A stretch of 64,000 bases of DNA from Chitinophagales bacterium. Its GTDB lineage: Bacteria; Bacteroidota; Bacteroidia; Chitinophagales; Chitinophagaceae. This document shows, in pieces, positions 27,139 to 36,671 of this stretch. Position 1 is the stretch's first letter, and every line of letters begins with the position of its first letter. The notes under the pieces are model-generated. The model was not told the DNA's origin, made no database searches, and saw only the letters and a list, made by a program, of their open reading frames with translations. The DNA lies in contig JBBRPD010000002.1 of assembly GCA_038228575.1 (NCBI GenBank), positions 44,781 to 108,780 of the forward strand, given 5' to 3'. The translations under genes and the position numbers were made by a program.

Positions 27139-28923
27139 TCACTTATAAATCGTCACGTCGTCATTGAAAAATACGACCTTTCTTGCGCTCAAAAAATCAG
27201 GCGACCATATTTTATGGAGCATATCCTTTTTGGTTACGAAAATATACTTTGGGCCGGGCGAAGCATCAACGGAATCGTGTACATGCTTAACGATGTGTAT
27301 AAAATGCATGTGGGTGCCTGAGGTCATCCGGTTAGTGAACGTCGGTATCCACATCCCGACATCACCGTAATTTACCCGCAATACCGCATCGGGCTCTGTG
27401 TTGTTATCAATCCACTTAAACGACGCCATTACTTGCCGTGTGCAGGCAATCCTGTCGCTGTCAGTAAGTCCTTTTGAACCATAAAATACTTTTATCGCAG
27501 TGTAGCCCAGCAACGTTACAAGTATCAAACCATACAATGTTATACGCCTTGTAAAAACCGAAAACGTGAAACCCCTTGCCTCAATATCCATCAGGGCATA
27601 ACCGAAAAACACAGATAGGCAGGCAATCAAAAAGTACACTACCCTTTCCGGATACAGCAGCTCGGAAAATGTCAGCACCCAATAAGCACTATTCAAGATG
27701 AGCAGGAAGACATATACTGCTATCAGTGCAACAATACCGACTTCTTTAAATCGTTTGAAATACAGTGATACCAGAACTGAAACGCCCGAAAGTACCATAA
27801 TGAATTGCCCTATTCTCTCGCTGATTTGCTCGCTAACCACCTCAGCATTGTACGTCAACCCAACACCCAATTTATTGCCCATCATTTCATGCTGCCAATT
27901 CTTTATCATGGTTATTAGTGCCGGGGAATTATCATTCTTAAAATGTAGTAAAAACGGCAACAAAAGCAGCGCACATAATAATACATAAGCCATTAATCTG
28001 GGTATCATCCAAGCTACCTTATTCCTGTGTACCGTTAGTGCAATCGGCACAACGAAGCACATCAGGTAAACAAACGTGATTGCCGGAATAGCGTGGATCA
28101 GCAAAACGGCTGCAGTAGTAAGTGCCGCAACGAAGAACAAGCCAGTTTCCTTATGCTTTAAGGCATGAAGTAAGGCCCCAGCACTGAACAAGGAAAACCC
28201 AAAAGCAAGCATACTGGGGTTACCCCCCCAGGTAATAACATCTTGTATGGTACAATTGAGCGAGAAAAATATAACTGCACTATATACTGCTATCCGTAGC
28301 GGAAAGAAATTCCGAAGCAAGAAAACCATACCCAACAGCGTTACAGGGTACGTGAGTATTGCGATAAGCAATATTGCATGTCGTAATAAATTCAGCTGAA
28401 AGCCTGCAAATATTGCGGTGAGTATGTGGTAGCCCGCACTGTAACTACCAAAATAGTCAACCGGCAATATGGGCCTGTATGAATGCGGCAACCCGTTATT
28501 ATTTAAAATGAGCCGGGTAATATAGCCGTGCATCGTAGTATCGCAACCGGGTGGTATATCGATAATGAAAAGCGGGAAAATGAATAAAATTATGATCACC
28601 GCCAACACTTGCAAATGCCGGGGCCACCGCTTGGGGCGCAGTACAAATGCAAAAAAAGAACGCGGCCAGGACTGCGGCTGAAAAAAAATGTAACTGATAA
28701 AGCCCAACTGCAGTACCGCAACGCTATAATTAAGCGGTAAGTCCGCAAGACCAATGAACCAACTTACGCACACCCAAAAACCCAATGACGTAAATACAGC
28801 CAGTACCACTTTCGAAAACACCCCAAGTGATAGAAACCTATTCACCACCAGACAACCCGGAAAAGCCATGAACAGCCCCGCAAGCAAAATTGTAAACGAA
28901 TATCCCGCGAGCTCCGGTATCAT
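27139..28923 (-). CDS. Polytopic membrane protein (possible GT-C-fold glycosyltransferase) with C-terminal soluble domain
   Basis: 594 aa, more than 12 hydrophobic helices, then an about 120-aa hydrophilic C-terminus. Starts 9 nt after the upstream gene. The function is inferred only. Confidence 0.45.
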   Translation of the reverse strand: MIPELAGYSFTILLAGLFMAFPGCLVVNRFLSLGVFSKVVLAVFTSLGFWVCVSWFIGLADLPLNYSVAVLQLGFISYIFFQPQSWPRSFFAFVLRPKRWPRHLQVLAVIIILFIFPLFIIDIPPGCDTTMHGYITRLILNNNGLPHSYRPILPVDYFGSYSAGYHILTAIFAGFQLNLLRHAILLIAILTYPVTLLGMVFLLRNFFPLRIAVYSAVIFFSLNCTIQDVITWGGNPSMLAFGFSLFSAGALLHALKHKETGLFFVAALTTAAVLLIHAIPAITFVYLMCFVVPIALTVHRNKVAWMIPRLMAYVLLCALLLLPFLLHFKNDNSPALITMIKNWQHEMMGNKLGVGLTYNAEVVSEQISERIGQFIMVLSGVSVLVSLYFKRFKEVGIVALIAVYVFLLILNSAYWVLTFSELLYPERVVYFLIACLSVFFGYALMDIEARGFTFSVFTRRITLYGLILVTLLGYTAIKVFYGSKGLTDSDRIACTRQVMASFKWIDNNTEPDAVLRVNYGDVGMWIPTFTNRMTSGTHMHFIHIVKHVHDSVDASPGPKYIFVTKKDMLHKIWSPDFLSARKVVFFNDDVTIYK

Positions 28924-28932
28924 AGTATAGCT

Positions 28933-31044
28933 TTATTTCCCTTGTGGCGCAGGTGCGGCAGCTGGCTGCTCGGCCTTAATTTTCAATACTGCATTCAATA
29001 CGTTGTTTGCAAGTCCATTATCTGGTAAAATATTAATCGCCTCATTCAGTTTCTCGATTGCCTTATCGTATTGCCTTTGATTTGCATAGGCGAGCCCTAT
29101 AGCGCTGGTAGCAAAGTAATTCGAAATTGGGGATATGTTATATTGAAGACCCAATGCAGCATACTTAAAAGCCGCATCATTTTTGCCAACTTGTGCTTTT
29201 ATAAAAGCCATAACACCAAATAAGCCAACATTATCCGGGGCATCGCGTGTTAAATAAAGAGAGAGAAGCGAATCCGCAAGTATACTATTACGCGATTCGT
29301 AGGCCTTTCGGGCAAGTAGGTCAAGTCGCTGGGTGTCTTTCAATACAACACATTCAGTCATCCCATCAATTTTCTCGGCGAATATTGTTCCCTTAGGTGG
29401 ATAAAATTTCTCAAAGTATTCGGGATTAATAAACTGTTTGCTAAAAATGCAATAGGTCCACGCTTTACCGTACCTCGTTGGCACATCGTTAAGCACGACG
29501 TTTACTTTTGCTCCCGGATAATGATGCTTAAGATAATACTGAACAAACATCGGCATGTCGGTTCCTACCGTAATGCTATCTTTCGATTGCATAATAGGTT
29601 CGTTTTTCATCATCCATTCCAGAGAATTTTTCATTGTTATCTTCCAGTAGTCCGTTTCATACTCATAATAAGCCTTTTGATACCCCACAAACTCATTAAA
29701 ATAACAATAGCAATATGGAAAATTCTTGACTGACCACATAATGGGACGAATCATACCCAAGGCGCATACAAAAAGGAAAGCAACCTGATAAGTTCGCTGC
29801 TTCATATTAGAGAAAATATGACTTAGTCCTATTCCTGCAATGATACACAAACCGGGGTAAACAAACAGGAAATGGCGCCACAAAGTGTATATAGTTACAT
29901 TAGATGCGATTGCATAGATGACAGGGAATATGCTAGTGAATAATAGCATGGATGTTATTCTCCAATCGTACTTTTTTCGGCTAATAAACACAATAATAGA
30001 CCCAATGGCAATTGATATAAGTGAGAAAATAGGTATGGTAATGAGCATTCCTTTAGGAAGATAGTAAGCCGGAACGGTAAGCGAATTCATATAAATCCCC
30101 TCGAAATTCAATGGTATTAACATTGGGAATTTTTTTACTACCGACAGCACATCAAAGAAATTGTGAAATGGATCCATTAGTAGGAATGGCCAAGTAAGTA
30201 CCACTAAAATAATGCCACCAGAAAACATTACTATAAGTTTTAAAACTACTTGCTTTACATTTTTGACTAATTCTGGTAACAGGACCGGTTTAGAAATAGC
30301 GAAGATGACGATGTAAATACCTAATGTAAAAATTAGTATTAATCCGGCAACACGAGTACTCATTGTGTAGGCAAACGCAAGCATTAAAAGCAGGCTTGTA
30401 CGCCAAGTAGGATTTGGTAATTCCTCTAGCAGATTAATAATGAGGTAAAGCATCGCAATGTAACCCGCACAGAAAGGAATGTCTTTTGAATCAAATAATG
30501 TTAAACCGAAAAATGTCGGAGTTAGGAATATGAGCCATATTGAAAAAAGTGCTGTGCTCCACCCACCTATTTTTCGAGCTATAAGACCGCTAAAAAAAAG
30601 TACAAGAACTCCCATGATATTAATAAAAACATGCCTAGAATTGAATTCATTGGGACCTTTGTCTAATCCAGTTATTTTATTGAATATTACCGGCAAATAT
30701 TCAAATCCAGAGCCATAATATCTGAAAATCGTTTCAATTCTAGTATCATCGTCCGTTAGCAACCCAAGGCAACTCGTATCTCTTCCGCCACTGGTATAAT
30801 AGGCTACGTTTGCTTTCCCGTAGTTGTTCATGTCTGATTCATCAGTGTGGAAACCAACATTGTAACCGCTGAAAAGAAAAATAACCAACATGGCAAATAA
30901 TGAGCCATAAAATATATTTCTAAGCATGGGACTTTCCGATTGCAACAATATATTTATTGAATGTGATCGAGAAAAATCTTGCTTTTTTTCGTCTTGTAAT
31001 GACTTTGCAGAACTGTCCTGTATTATTTTTTTCTTTTGCGACAT
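28933..31044 (-). CDS. ArnT/PMT-like (GT-C-type) polytopic membrane protein with C-terminal TPR region
   Basis: ORF 28933-31110; start uncertain (ATG 31110 or 31044). The first loop has an acidic 'HTDESD'. About 12 TM helices, then a soluble region ending in TPR-like 'AIGLAYANQRQYDKAIEKLNEAINILPDN'. Spot counts give 33-37% GC. Confidence 0.55.
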   Translation of the reverse strand: MSQKKKIIQDSSAKSLQDEKKQDFSRSHSINILLQSESPMLRNIFYGSLFAMLVIFLFSGYNVGFHTDESDMNNYGKANVAYYTSGGRDTSCLGLLTDDDTRIETIFRYYGSGFEYLPVIFNKITGLDKGPNEFNSRHVFINIMGVLVLFFSGLIARKIGGWSTALFSIWLIFLTPTFFGLTLFDSKDIPFCAGYIAMLYLIINLLEELPNPTWRTSLLLMLAFAYTMSTRVAGLILIFTLGIYIVIFAISKPVLLPELVKNVKQVVLKLIVMFSGGIILVVLTWPFLLMDPFHNFFDVLSVVKKFPMLIPLNFEGIYMNSLTVPAYYLPKGMLITIPIFSLISIAIGSIIVFISRKKYDWRITSMLLFTSIFPVIYAIASNVTIYTLWRHFLFVYPGLCIIAGIGLSHIFSNMKQRTYQVAFLFVCALGMIRPIMWSVKNFPYCYCYFNEFVGYQKAYYEYETDYWKITMKNSLEWMMKNEPIMQSKDSITVGTDMPMFVQYYLKHHYPGAKVNVVLNDVPTRYGKAWTYCIFSKQFINPEYFEKFYPPKGTIFAEKIDGMTECVVLKDTQRLDLLARKAYESRNSILADSLLSLYLTRDAPDNVGLFGVMAFIKAQVGKNDAAFKYAALGLQYNISPISNYFATSAIGLAYANQRQYDKAIEKLNEAINILPDNGLANNVLNAVLKIKAEQPAAAPAPQGK

Positions 31045-31223
31045 GTAATCAATGGTTATTGAACCGGATTGAAAAGTACGAAATTTAGGGAAAACCGAAA
31101 AATCATCCAATTCTTCTTTACTAGAAATGAAATAAAAATAAAATCATTTTAAAATAAAATTTATATTTTATAATAATTTTTTAATTTGCACGACCAACAC
31201 AACCCGAGTATCTTATCTTGCCG

Positions 31224-34200
31224 CTATTTTATCTCAATTTTTTCAACTAGCATTCCTGCTTTTACATATGCAAAAATAAAATACACTCCAGGAACAACGG
31301 CTAATTCCACATCAAATTTTTTGTTTGTCTTCAAATTAAATTGTTTTACCCTTATCCCGAGCATACTTGTAATAAAAATATTAGCTTCTTCTGTTAAATC
31401 AGACGCAATATTAATAGTGAATACACCGGCATTAGGATTAGGGATAATTTGAAGAATTCGCTCGGTAGCGTATTGAATTTGAACACCATTTTGGCAAGCA
31501 CCACCTGAAATAATCGTCAGCGAAAAAAAAGAAGTATCAGAACCACAAGTATTACTAACAATATATCTAATATCAACCACGCCTGGTGATAAACCGCTCA
31601 CTGTGCCAGCAACATCAACTGTAGCAATTGCCGTATTTGAACTATACCAGATACCACCTGATACTGTTTCGGTAAAATTTGTTCTATAACCTACACAAAG
31701 TGTATGCTCCCCACTATTACTGATAATAATGCCCGCATCTGGCATGGCACTGATGAAAATGTTTTTAACAGCAGAGTCACTTCCGCATGTGTTTCCAACA
31801 GAATAGTTGATTACGACTGAACCGGATAGTAGGGCTGTCACGACACCAGTAGCGCTTATACTCGCAATTGATGGATCACTACTGCTCCAAACACCACTTC
31901 CTGATGCAGCTGCAAATGCGCTTGTAGCACCTTGACAAATTGTATCAAGGCCAGTGATAGGGCCAGCATGGGGGGGAGCAACAACTGTAATTGCCATGGT
32001 ATCTGAAACCGATCCACATATATTTGTAAATGTATACGAAACAACCATAATGCCCGCAGAAAGTCCTAAAACTACACCCACGCTATTGACTGTACCATGG
32101 GTTGAAGAACTCCCCCATGCGCCTCCAGAACTTGATGCTGATAAACTTATTGAGGAACCGGTGCAAACTACCGTTGGTCCAGATATTGTACCCCCAGTAG
32201 GTAAACCGACTACAGTAATACCCAACGTAGTAAAAGACGATCCACAGCTATTTGCAACGGTATAAGTAATAGTAGCAGAACCAACTGCAATTCCGGCAAC
32301 GCCTCCTGATGAATTAACTGACGCTATCGATGAAGCACTGCTACTCCAAGCACCGGCACCGGAAGAGCCGGCAACAGACAAGGCCGTAGAGCTGCCCGTG
32401 CATATTGTTGAGATTCCTGAGATTGTTCCTGCACGTGGTGTAAGGTTAATAGTTACTGCCATTGTATCGCTTGATGTACCACAGCTATTGGTAACTGTAT
32501 AGGTAATGATAACGGAACCAACTGCCAACCCGGTGACTATTCCCAAAGTATCAACCGATGCCGCAGTTGAGGAACTACAACTCCAAGTTCCGCCCGCAGA
32601 CGCCCCAGTCACGGATAATGCAATTGTGGTACCTGTACAAATTGTTAATGCTCCCGAAACAGTCCCCGCACTCGGCATTACACTTGCATTAATTAGCAAA
32701 GTGTCAACCGATGCACCACAACTGTTTGTTACGGAATAGGAAATAACTACATTACCCGCAGTTAGTGCACTCACTATTCCAGATGCACTGACGGTTGCTA
32801 TAGATGAGGAACTACTGCTCCAGATACCGGCACCTGAAGAGCCTGTTACTGACAATGCGGCCGAGGTTCCGGTACACACTGTTCGGGGTCCTGCAATAAC
32901 ACCCGCATGAGGATTTGTATCAACCGCAAAAACTAGTGTATCGAAGGCCGTTCCACAGCTATTAGAAACAGAATACGTGAATAAAATGACACCAGCTGAA
33001 ATAGCCGAAACTACGCCGGAACTACTAATCGTAGCAATCGAAGATGAACTACTCGTCCAAGTTCCCCCGAGAGCAGTATCTGTCAATATTATCGATGCAC
33101 TACCTAAACAAACCGCTGTAGGGCCTGCAATAGCACCAACTACAGGTAATGGAGCTATCGTAACGTAAATTGTAATAATATCGGATGTCCGGCAATCCGA
33201 AACACTAATTTTAAAACTATCCATTCCACTATAACCAATTGCGGGAGTGTATGACAACCCAGATGGAGTTACAGATCCTCCAGATGAAGTAGCCGTGAAA
33301 CTAAATCCCGACAATGTTCCATGAGATGGCAATGTGTATATAGACCATACTTCCGTTTGGCCTGCATCTGTGTCACTGATCGCCAATAGGGAATTTAAAG
33401 CAGTCGCAGTTGAATCTTGACAAATATTTATTGAACGTGAACTCCCCCCAACAAAAGAAACGGGATAATTAGTGTTTGTAATTTTCCTAACCTTGTTACT
33501 TACCCTATCTACGAAATATATATTACCCAAAGTGTCATGATGTATCGCGTGGGGAACATTCATGGTCGCCGCCGTAGCGGGACCACCGTCGCCTGAAGCA
33601 CCAGCTGTCCCATTTCCTGCAATCGTGGTGATTATTCCAGTAACTGCAGAAACAAACCGTATTCTGTTATTAGCCCCGTCGCTAATAAAAATATTACCGC
33701 AGAGGTCAACGTCCAAACCTATTGGTTGATTGAGATTGGCGGCAGTAGCCGGACCTCCATCACCCGAATACCCTGGAATGCCAGTACCCGCAACTGTAGT
33801 TATTATTCCAGCGGAACTAATTTTTCGAACGCAATGCTTTCTATAGTCGGCAAAGTAAACATTCCCAAAGTCGTCCAAAGCAATATCTGTAGCATAGCCA
33901 AGTTGAGCTGCTGTTGCTGCACCTCCATCGCCCGAATAACCATCTGTCCCTATTCCAGCAATTGTCGATATTATTCCCGCTGTATCAATCTTTCTCACTC
34001 TGTGGTTACTACCATCTGGTAAATACACATTTCCAGCATTATCAACAGCTAAACCATCTGGTTGACTTATCTGAGCTGCGGTGGCTGGCCCCCCATCTCC
34101 TCCATATCCTGCGTAACCAGCACCGGCTATAGTTGTTATAATACCCGACGTATTAATTTTTCTTATTTTATTGTTATTATTGTCAGAGATGTATATGTTC

Positions 34201-34562
34201 CCTGCGCCATCAACACCAACTCCAAAAGGCACACGAAGTTGACAAGCCGTGGCTTGACCTCCGTCTCCAGTATATCCAGCGGTTCCTGTTCCTGCTATAG
34301 TTGTTATTATTCCAGAAGGAGTGACTTTACGAACAACATTGTTAAATGCATCGCCTATATAAACATTGCCATTTACGTCAACAATTAAACCCCATGGCTG
34401 ACTCATTGAAGCAGCTGTCGCTAAGCCACCGTCGCCAGAATAACTATAGGATCCGTTTCCAGCAAGTGTCGTAATAATTTGCGCCTGGGCTGCGAAATTC
34501 ACGAACACAAAATATGCGAAAAACACAAATGTGAAGCATTTTGTAGTACGAATATTTTTCAT
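31224..34562 (-). CDS. T9SS-secreted surface protein: 6 NHL repeats + 7 Ig-like (BIG2-type) repeats + type A C-terminal sorting domain
   Basis: Signal peptide. 6 x 'IITT.AG.G..GYSGDGGPATAA.L..P.G..VD..GN.Y..D..N.R.RKI'. 7 x about 79-aa repeats 'C.G....L......G.WSSS..SIA.V...G.V..L..G...I.Y.V.N.CG'. C-terminal 'PNPNAGVFTINI...GVYFIF'. Confidence 0.85.
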   Translation of the reverse strand: MKNIRTTKCFTFVFFAYFVFVNFAAQAQIITTLAGNGSYSYSGDGGLATAASMSQPWGLIVDVNGNVYIGDAFNNVVRKVTPSGIITTIAGTGTAGYTGDGGQATACQLRVPFGVGVDGAGNIYISDNNNNKIRKINTSGIITTIAGAGYAGYGGDGGPATAAQISQPDGLAVDNAGNVYLPDGSNHRVRKIDTAGIISTIAGIGTDGYSGDGGAATAAQLGYATDIALDDFGNVYFADYRKHCVRKISSAGIITTVAGTGIPGYSGDGGPATAANLNQPIGLDVDLCGNIFISDGANNRIRFVSAVTGIITTIAGNGTAGASGDGGPATAATMNVPHAIHHDTLGNIYFVDRVSNKVRKITNTNYPVSFVGGSSRSINICQDSTATALNSLLAISDTDAGQTEVWSIYTLPSHGTLSGFSFTATSSGGSVTPSGLSYTPAIGYSGMDSFKISVSDCRTSDIITIYVTIAPLPVVGAIAGPTAVCLGSASIILTDTALGGTWTSSSSSIATISSSGVVSAISAGVILFTYSVSNSCGTAFDTLVFAVDTNPHAGVIAGPRTVCTGTSAALSVTGSSGAGIWSSSSSSIATVSASGIVSALTAGNVVISYSVTNSCGASVDTLLINASVMPSAGTVSGALTICTGTTIALSVTGASAGGTWSCSSSTAASVDTLGIVTGLAVGSVIITYTVTNSCGTSSDTMAVTINLTPRAGTISGISTICTGSSTALSVAGSSGAGAWSSSASSIASVNSSGGVAGIAVGSATITYTVANSCGSSFTTLGITVVGLPTGGTISGPTVVCTGSSISLSASSSGGAWGSSSTHGTVNSVGVVLGLSAGIMVVSYTFTNICGSVSDTMAITVVAPPHAGPITGLDTICQGATSAFAAASGSGVWSSSDPSIASISATGVVTALLSGSVVINYSVGNTCGSDSAVKNIFISAMPDAGIIISNSGEHTLCVGYRTNFTETVSGGIWYSSNTAIATVDVAGTVSGLSPGVVDIRYIVSNTCGSDTSFFSLTIISGGACQNGVQIQYATERILQIIPNPNAGVFTINIASDLTEEANIFITSMLGIRVKQFNLKTNKKFDVELAVVPGVYFIFAYVKAGMLVEKIEIK

Positions 34563-34911
34563 GAAGGGTATTTATTAAGAATTTATTAGACTAAAGTAAG
34601 CGAAAAAATTTAGGCAGCCTAAAATAAAATCGATTCTAGCGTATTTTCTTGAATTTACATTTTCCGTACATAAAAAATCTCTACTATCCTTTAAACTAAA
34701 ATTTCAATCAATTTTATTTTGTTTTTGCGACACCGTATACAAATACTAATAACGGACCGGACAGGCAGAGGTTGAAAAAAACATCTCAACACAAATTAAT
34801 TCTTTAACCGCGCCATAATAAAACGGTGATGAAAAACATCATTTGGGCTTTTTTTGAGGTTCTTGTTGTTAAATTGTTGATTTCATTTTACCTTTTCTCA
34901 AAATTTTGAAA

Positions 34912-35739
34912 ATGACACGACTGTTTTCCTACGCACTGCCGGCTATTTTAGTAGTATCCTTATTCTCTTGTGGTAAATCAACCGAGTCGGAAGCTGATAA
35001 GCATTTCCGGTTGGGCAATGAATCTTTATTTACCAACGACCTTTCAAAATCGAAGGCCGAGTATGAACTGGCAGTGAAAGCAGACAGCAATTATTGGAAA
35101 GCTTATTACGAATTAGGTGGTATTTATGAAATGGAGGGCGATTTCCCGAAAGCGGCTATTTATTTTACCAAAACTATAAAACTAAAGCCCGATTACGCCA
35201 TGGCTTATTACAGCAGGGCCAGTGTAAATGAGGCAGTGGGCGATGAAAAGGGCTATTATAAGGATATTGAAAAAACTGTTGAGTTAAAAAAGGATCTGTT
35301 TGTTGCGGTGTTTGCCAGGGCCCGCTCGTTATATGCAAATGGTAAATACCCGGAAGCTGCTGCTGGTTTCAGTGACGCTATTAAATTAAGGCCCGATTTC
35401 TACATTGCGCACAGTTTACGCGGCACCTGTAAGTTTAAAGCAGGAGACCTTGAAGGCGCGCTGACCGACTACAATACCGAAATTAAGCTAATGCCAAATA
35501 ATATAATGGGTTATGTTAACAGAAGCGTGGTCCACGGCGAAATGAAAAAGTACCAGGAAGCTATAAATGATATCTCAACAGCGGTAAGTATTGACCCGAT
35601 GTGGTCGCAGGGATATCTCTATCGCGGTATGTATGAAATAAAAAACAATAATGCTGATACCGCCTGCCTTAATTTCCGTATTGCCAAAAACATGAAAAAC
35701 CCTGATGCGGATGCTTATATTAAGCAATATTGCAAATAG
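34912..35739 (+). CDS. TPR-repeat lipoprotein
   Basis: I prefer ATG 34912 (MTRLFSYALPAILVVSLFSC). Multiple 34-aa TPR units (..AYYSRA..A...Y..AI.L.PD..). Confidence 0.8.
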   Translation: MTRLFSYALPAILVVSLFSCGKSTESEADKHFRLGNESLFTNDLSKSKAEYELAVKADSNYWKAYYELGGIYEMEGDFPKAAIYFTKTIKLKPDYAMAYYSRASVNEAVGDEKGYYKDIEKTVELKKDLFVAVFARARSLYANGKYPEAAAGFSDAIKLRPDFYIAHSLRGTCKFKAGDLEGALTDYNTEIKLMPNNIMGYVNRSVVHGEMKKYQEAINDISTAVSIDPMWSQGYLYRGMYEIKNNNADTACLNFRIAKNMKNPDADAYIKQYCK

Positions 35740-35867
35740 GTGTTTAAAATTGTATTGAATAAACAGAGTCACCCGGTAATGGGTGCGAATAATTAGCACT
35801 TAAAATTTGTATTTATAAAGATACCGTCCTATATTGTAGCTATATAAGATTCTGTACTGATCGAACT

Positions 35868-36671
35868 ATGGCAAACCCGGAAACTCCCCTGAGCGTACTG
35901 CTCGTTGACGATGAAATTGAAGCATGTAGAAATTTAAAAAGCATACTTCTCGAATTTGTTGACCCGAATATTAATATTGTCGGGGTAGCGCACAGCACTG
36001 CTGAAGCGGAAAAACAATTGCAATTGCACAATCCCGATGCTGTATTTCTAGATATTGAAATGCCTAACGAAAACGCTTTCCAGTTTCTGGAGCGTGTTTC
36101 GCCCATTCATTTTGAAGTGATTTTCGTTACTGCTTACGATGAATATGCCATCAGGGCATTTAAATTAAATGCTGTTGACTATATACTTAAACCTATCAGC
36201 ATTACCGAACTGGCTAATGCAGTAGTAAAGCTAAAAGACAGACTGCGCTACAAAACCCTTATCAGCACGGGTAATAACGACTTTACGGAAGTATCGAAGC
36301 AGATCAATAACAAGGCTAAACTGAATAAGATAACCCTGAAGGGTAATAACAATGTAGAGCTGGTGAGCTTTAAAGACATTATTTATGTGGAAGCTTTCGG
36401 TAAATATTCAAAAGTGTTCTTCCTGAAAAATAACGGTGTTGTTGATATACTTACCAGTTACGCTATTTCAGATTATGAAGAATTATTACCGACCACTATT
36501 TTTTACCGTATACATAAGTCATACCTCATTAATTGCAGCCACATTAAGCAAATTCACAAAGACGATACGACTACGCTTACCATGAATTATGCAATAAACA
36601 TACCTGTGAGCCGCCGCAGATTTAGCAGCCTGCTAGAGTTTTTGCAAACCAAACCCGATTTTAATGATTGA
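35868..36671 (+). CDS. LytTR-family response regulator
   Basis: Receiver 'VLLVDDE..', 'FLDIEMP', plus a C-terminal LytTR DNA-binding domain ('F.RIHKSYLIN'). Confidence 0.9.
   Translation: MANPETPLSVLLVDDEIEACRNLKSILLEFVDPNINIVGVAHSTAEAEKQLQLHNPDAVFLDIEMPNENAFQFLERVSPIHFEVIFVTAYDEYAIRAFKLNAVDYILKPISITELANAVVKLKDRLRYKTLISTGNNDFTEVSKQINNKAKLNKITLKGNNNVELVSFKDIIYVEAFGKYSKVFFLKNNGVVDILTSYAISDYEELLPTTIFYRIHKSYLINCSHIKQIHKDDTTTLTMNYAINIPVSRRRFSSLLEFLQTKPDFND

Noticed and set aside
28933-34562. Possibility that the AT-rich adhesin/GT-C block is a prophage, ICE or defence island
   Set aside because: There are no integrase, transposase, phage structural, restriction, toxin-antitoxin or nuclease genes, and no flanking att-like repeats or tRNA. 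The gene content is envelope and glycosylation only.
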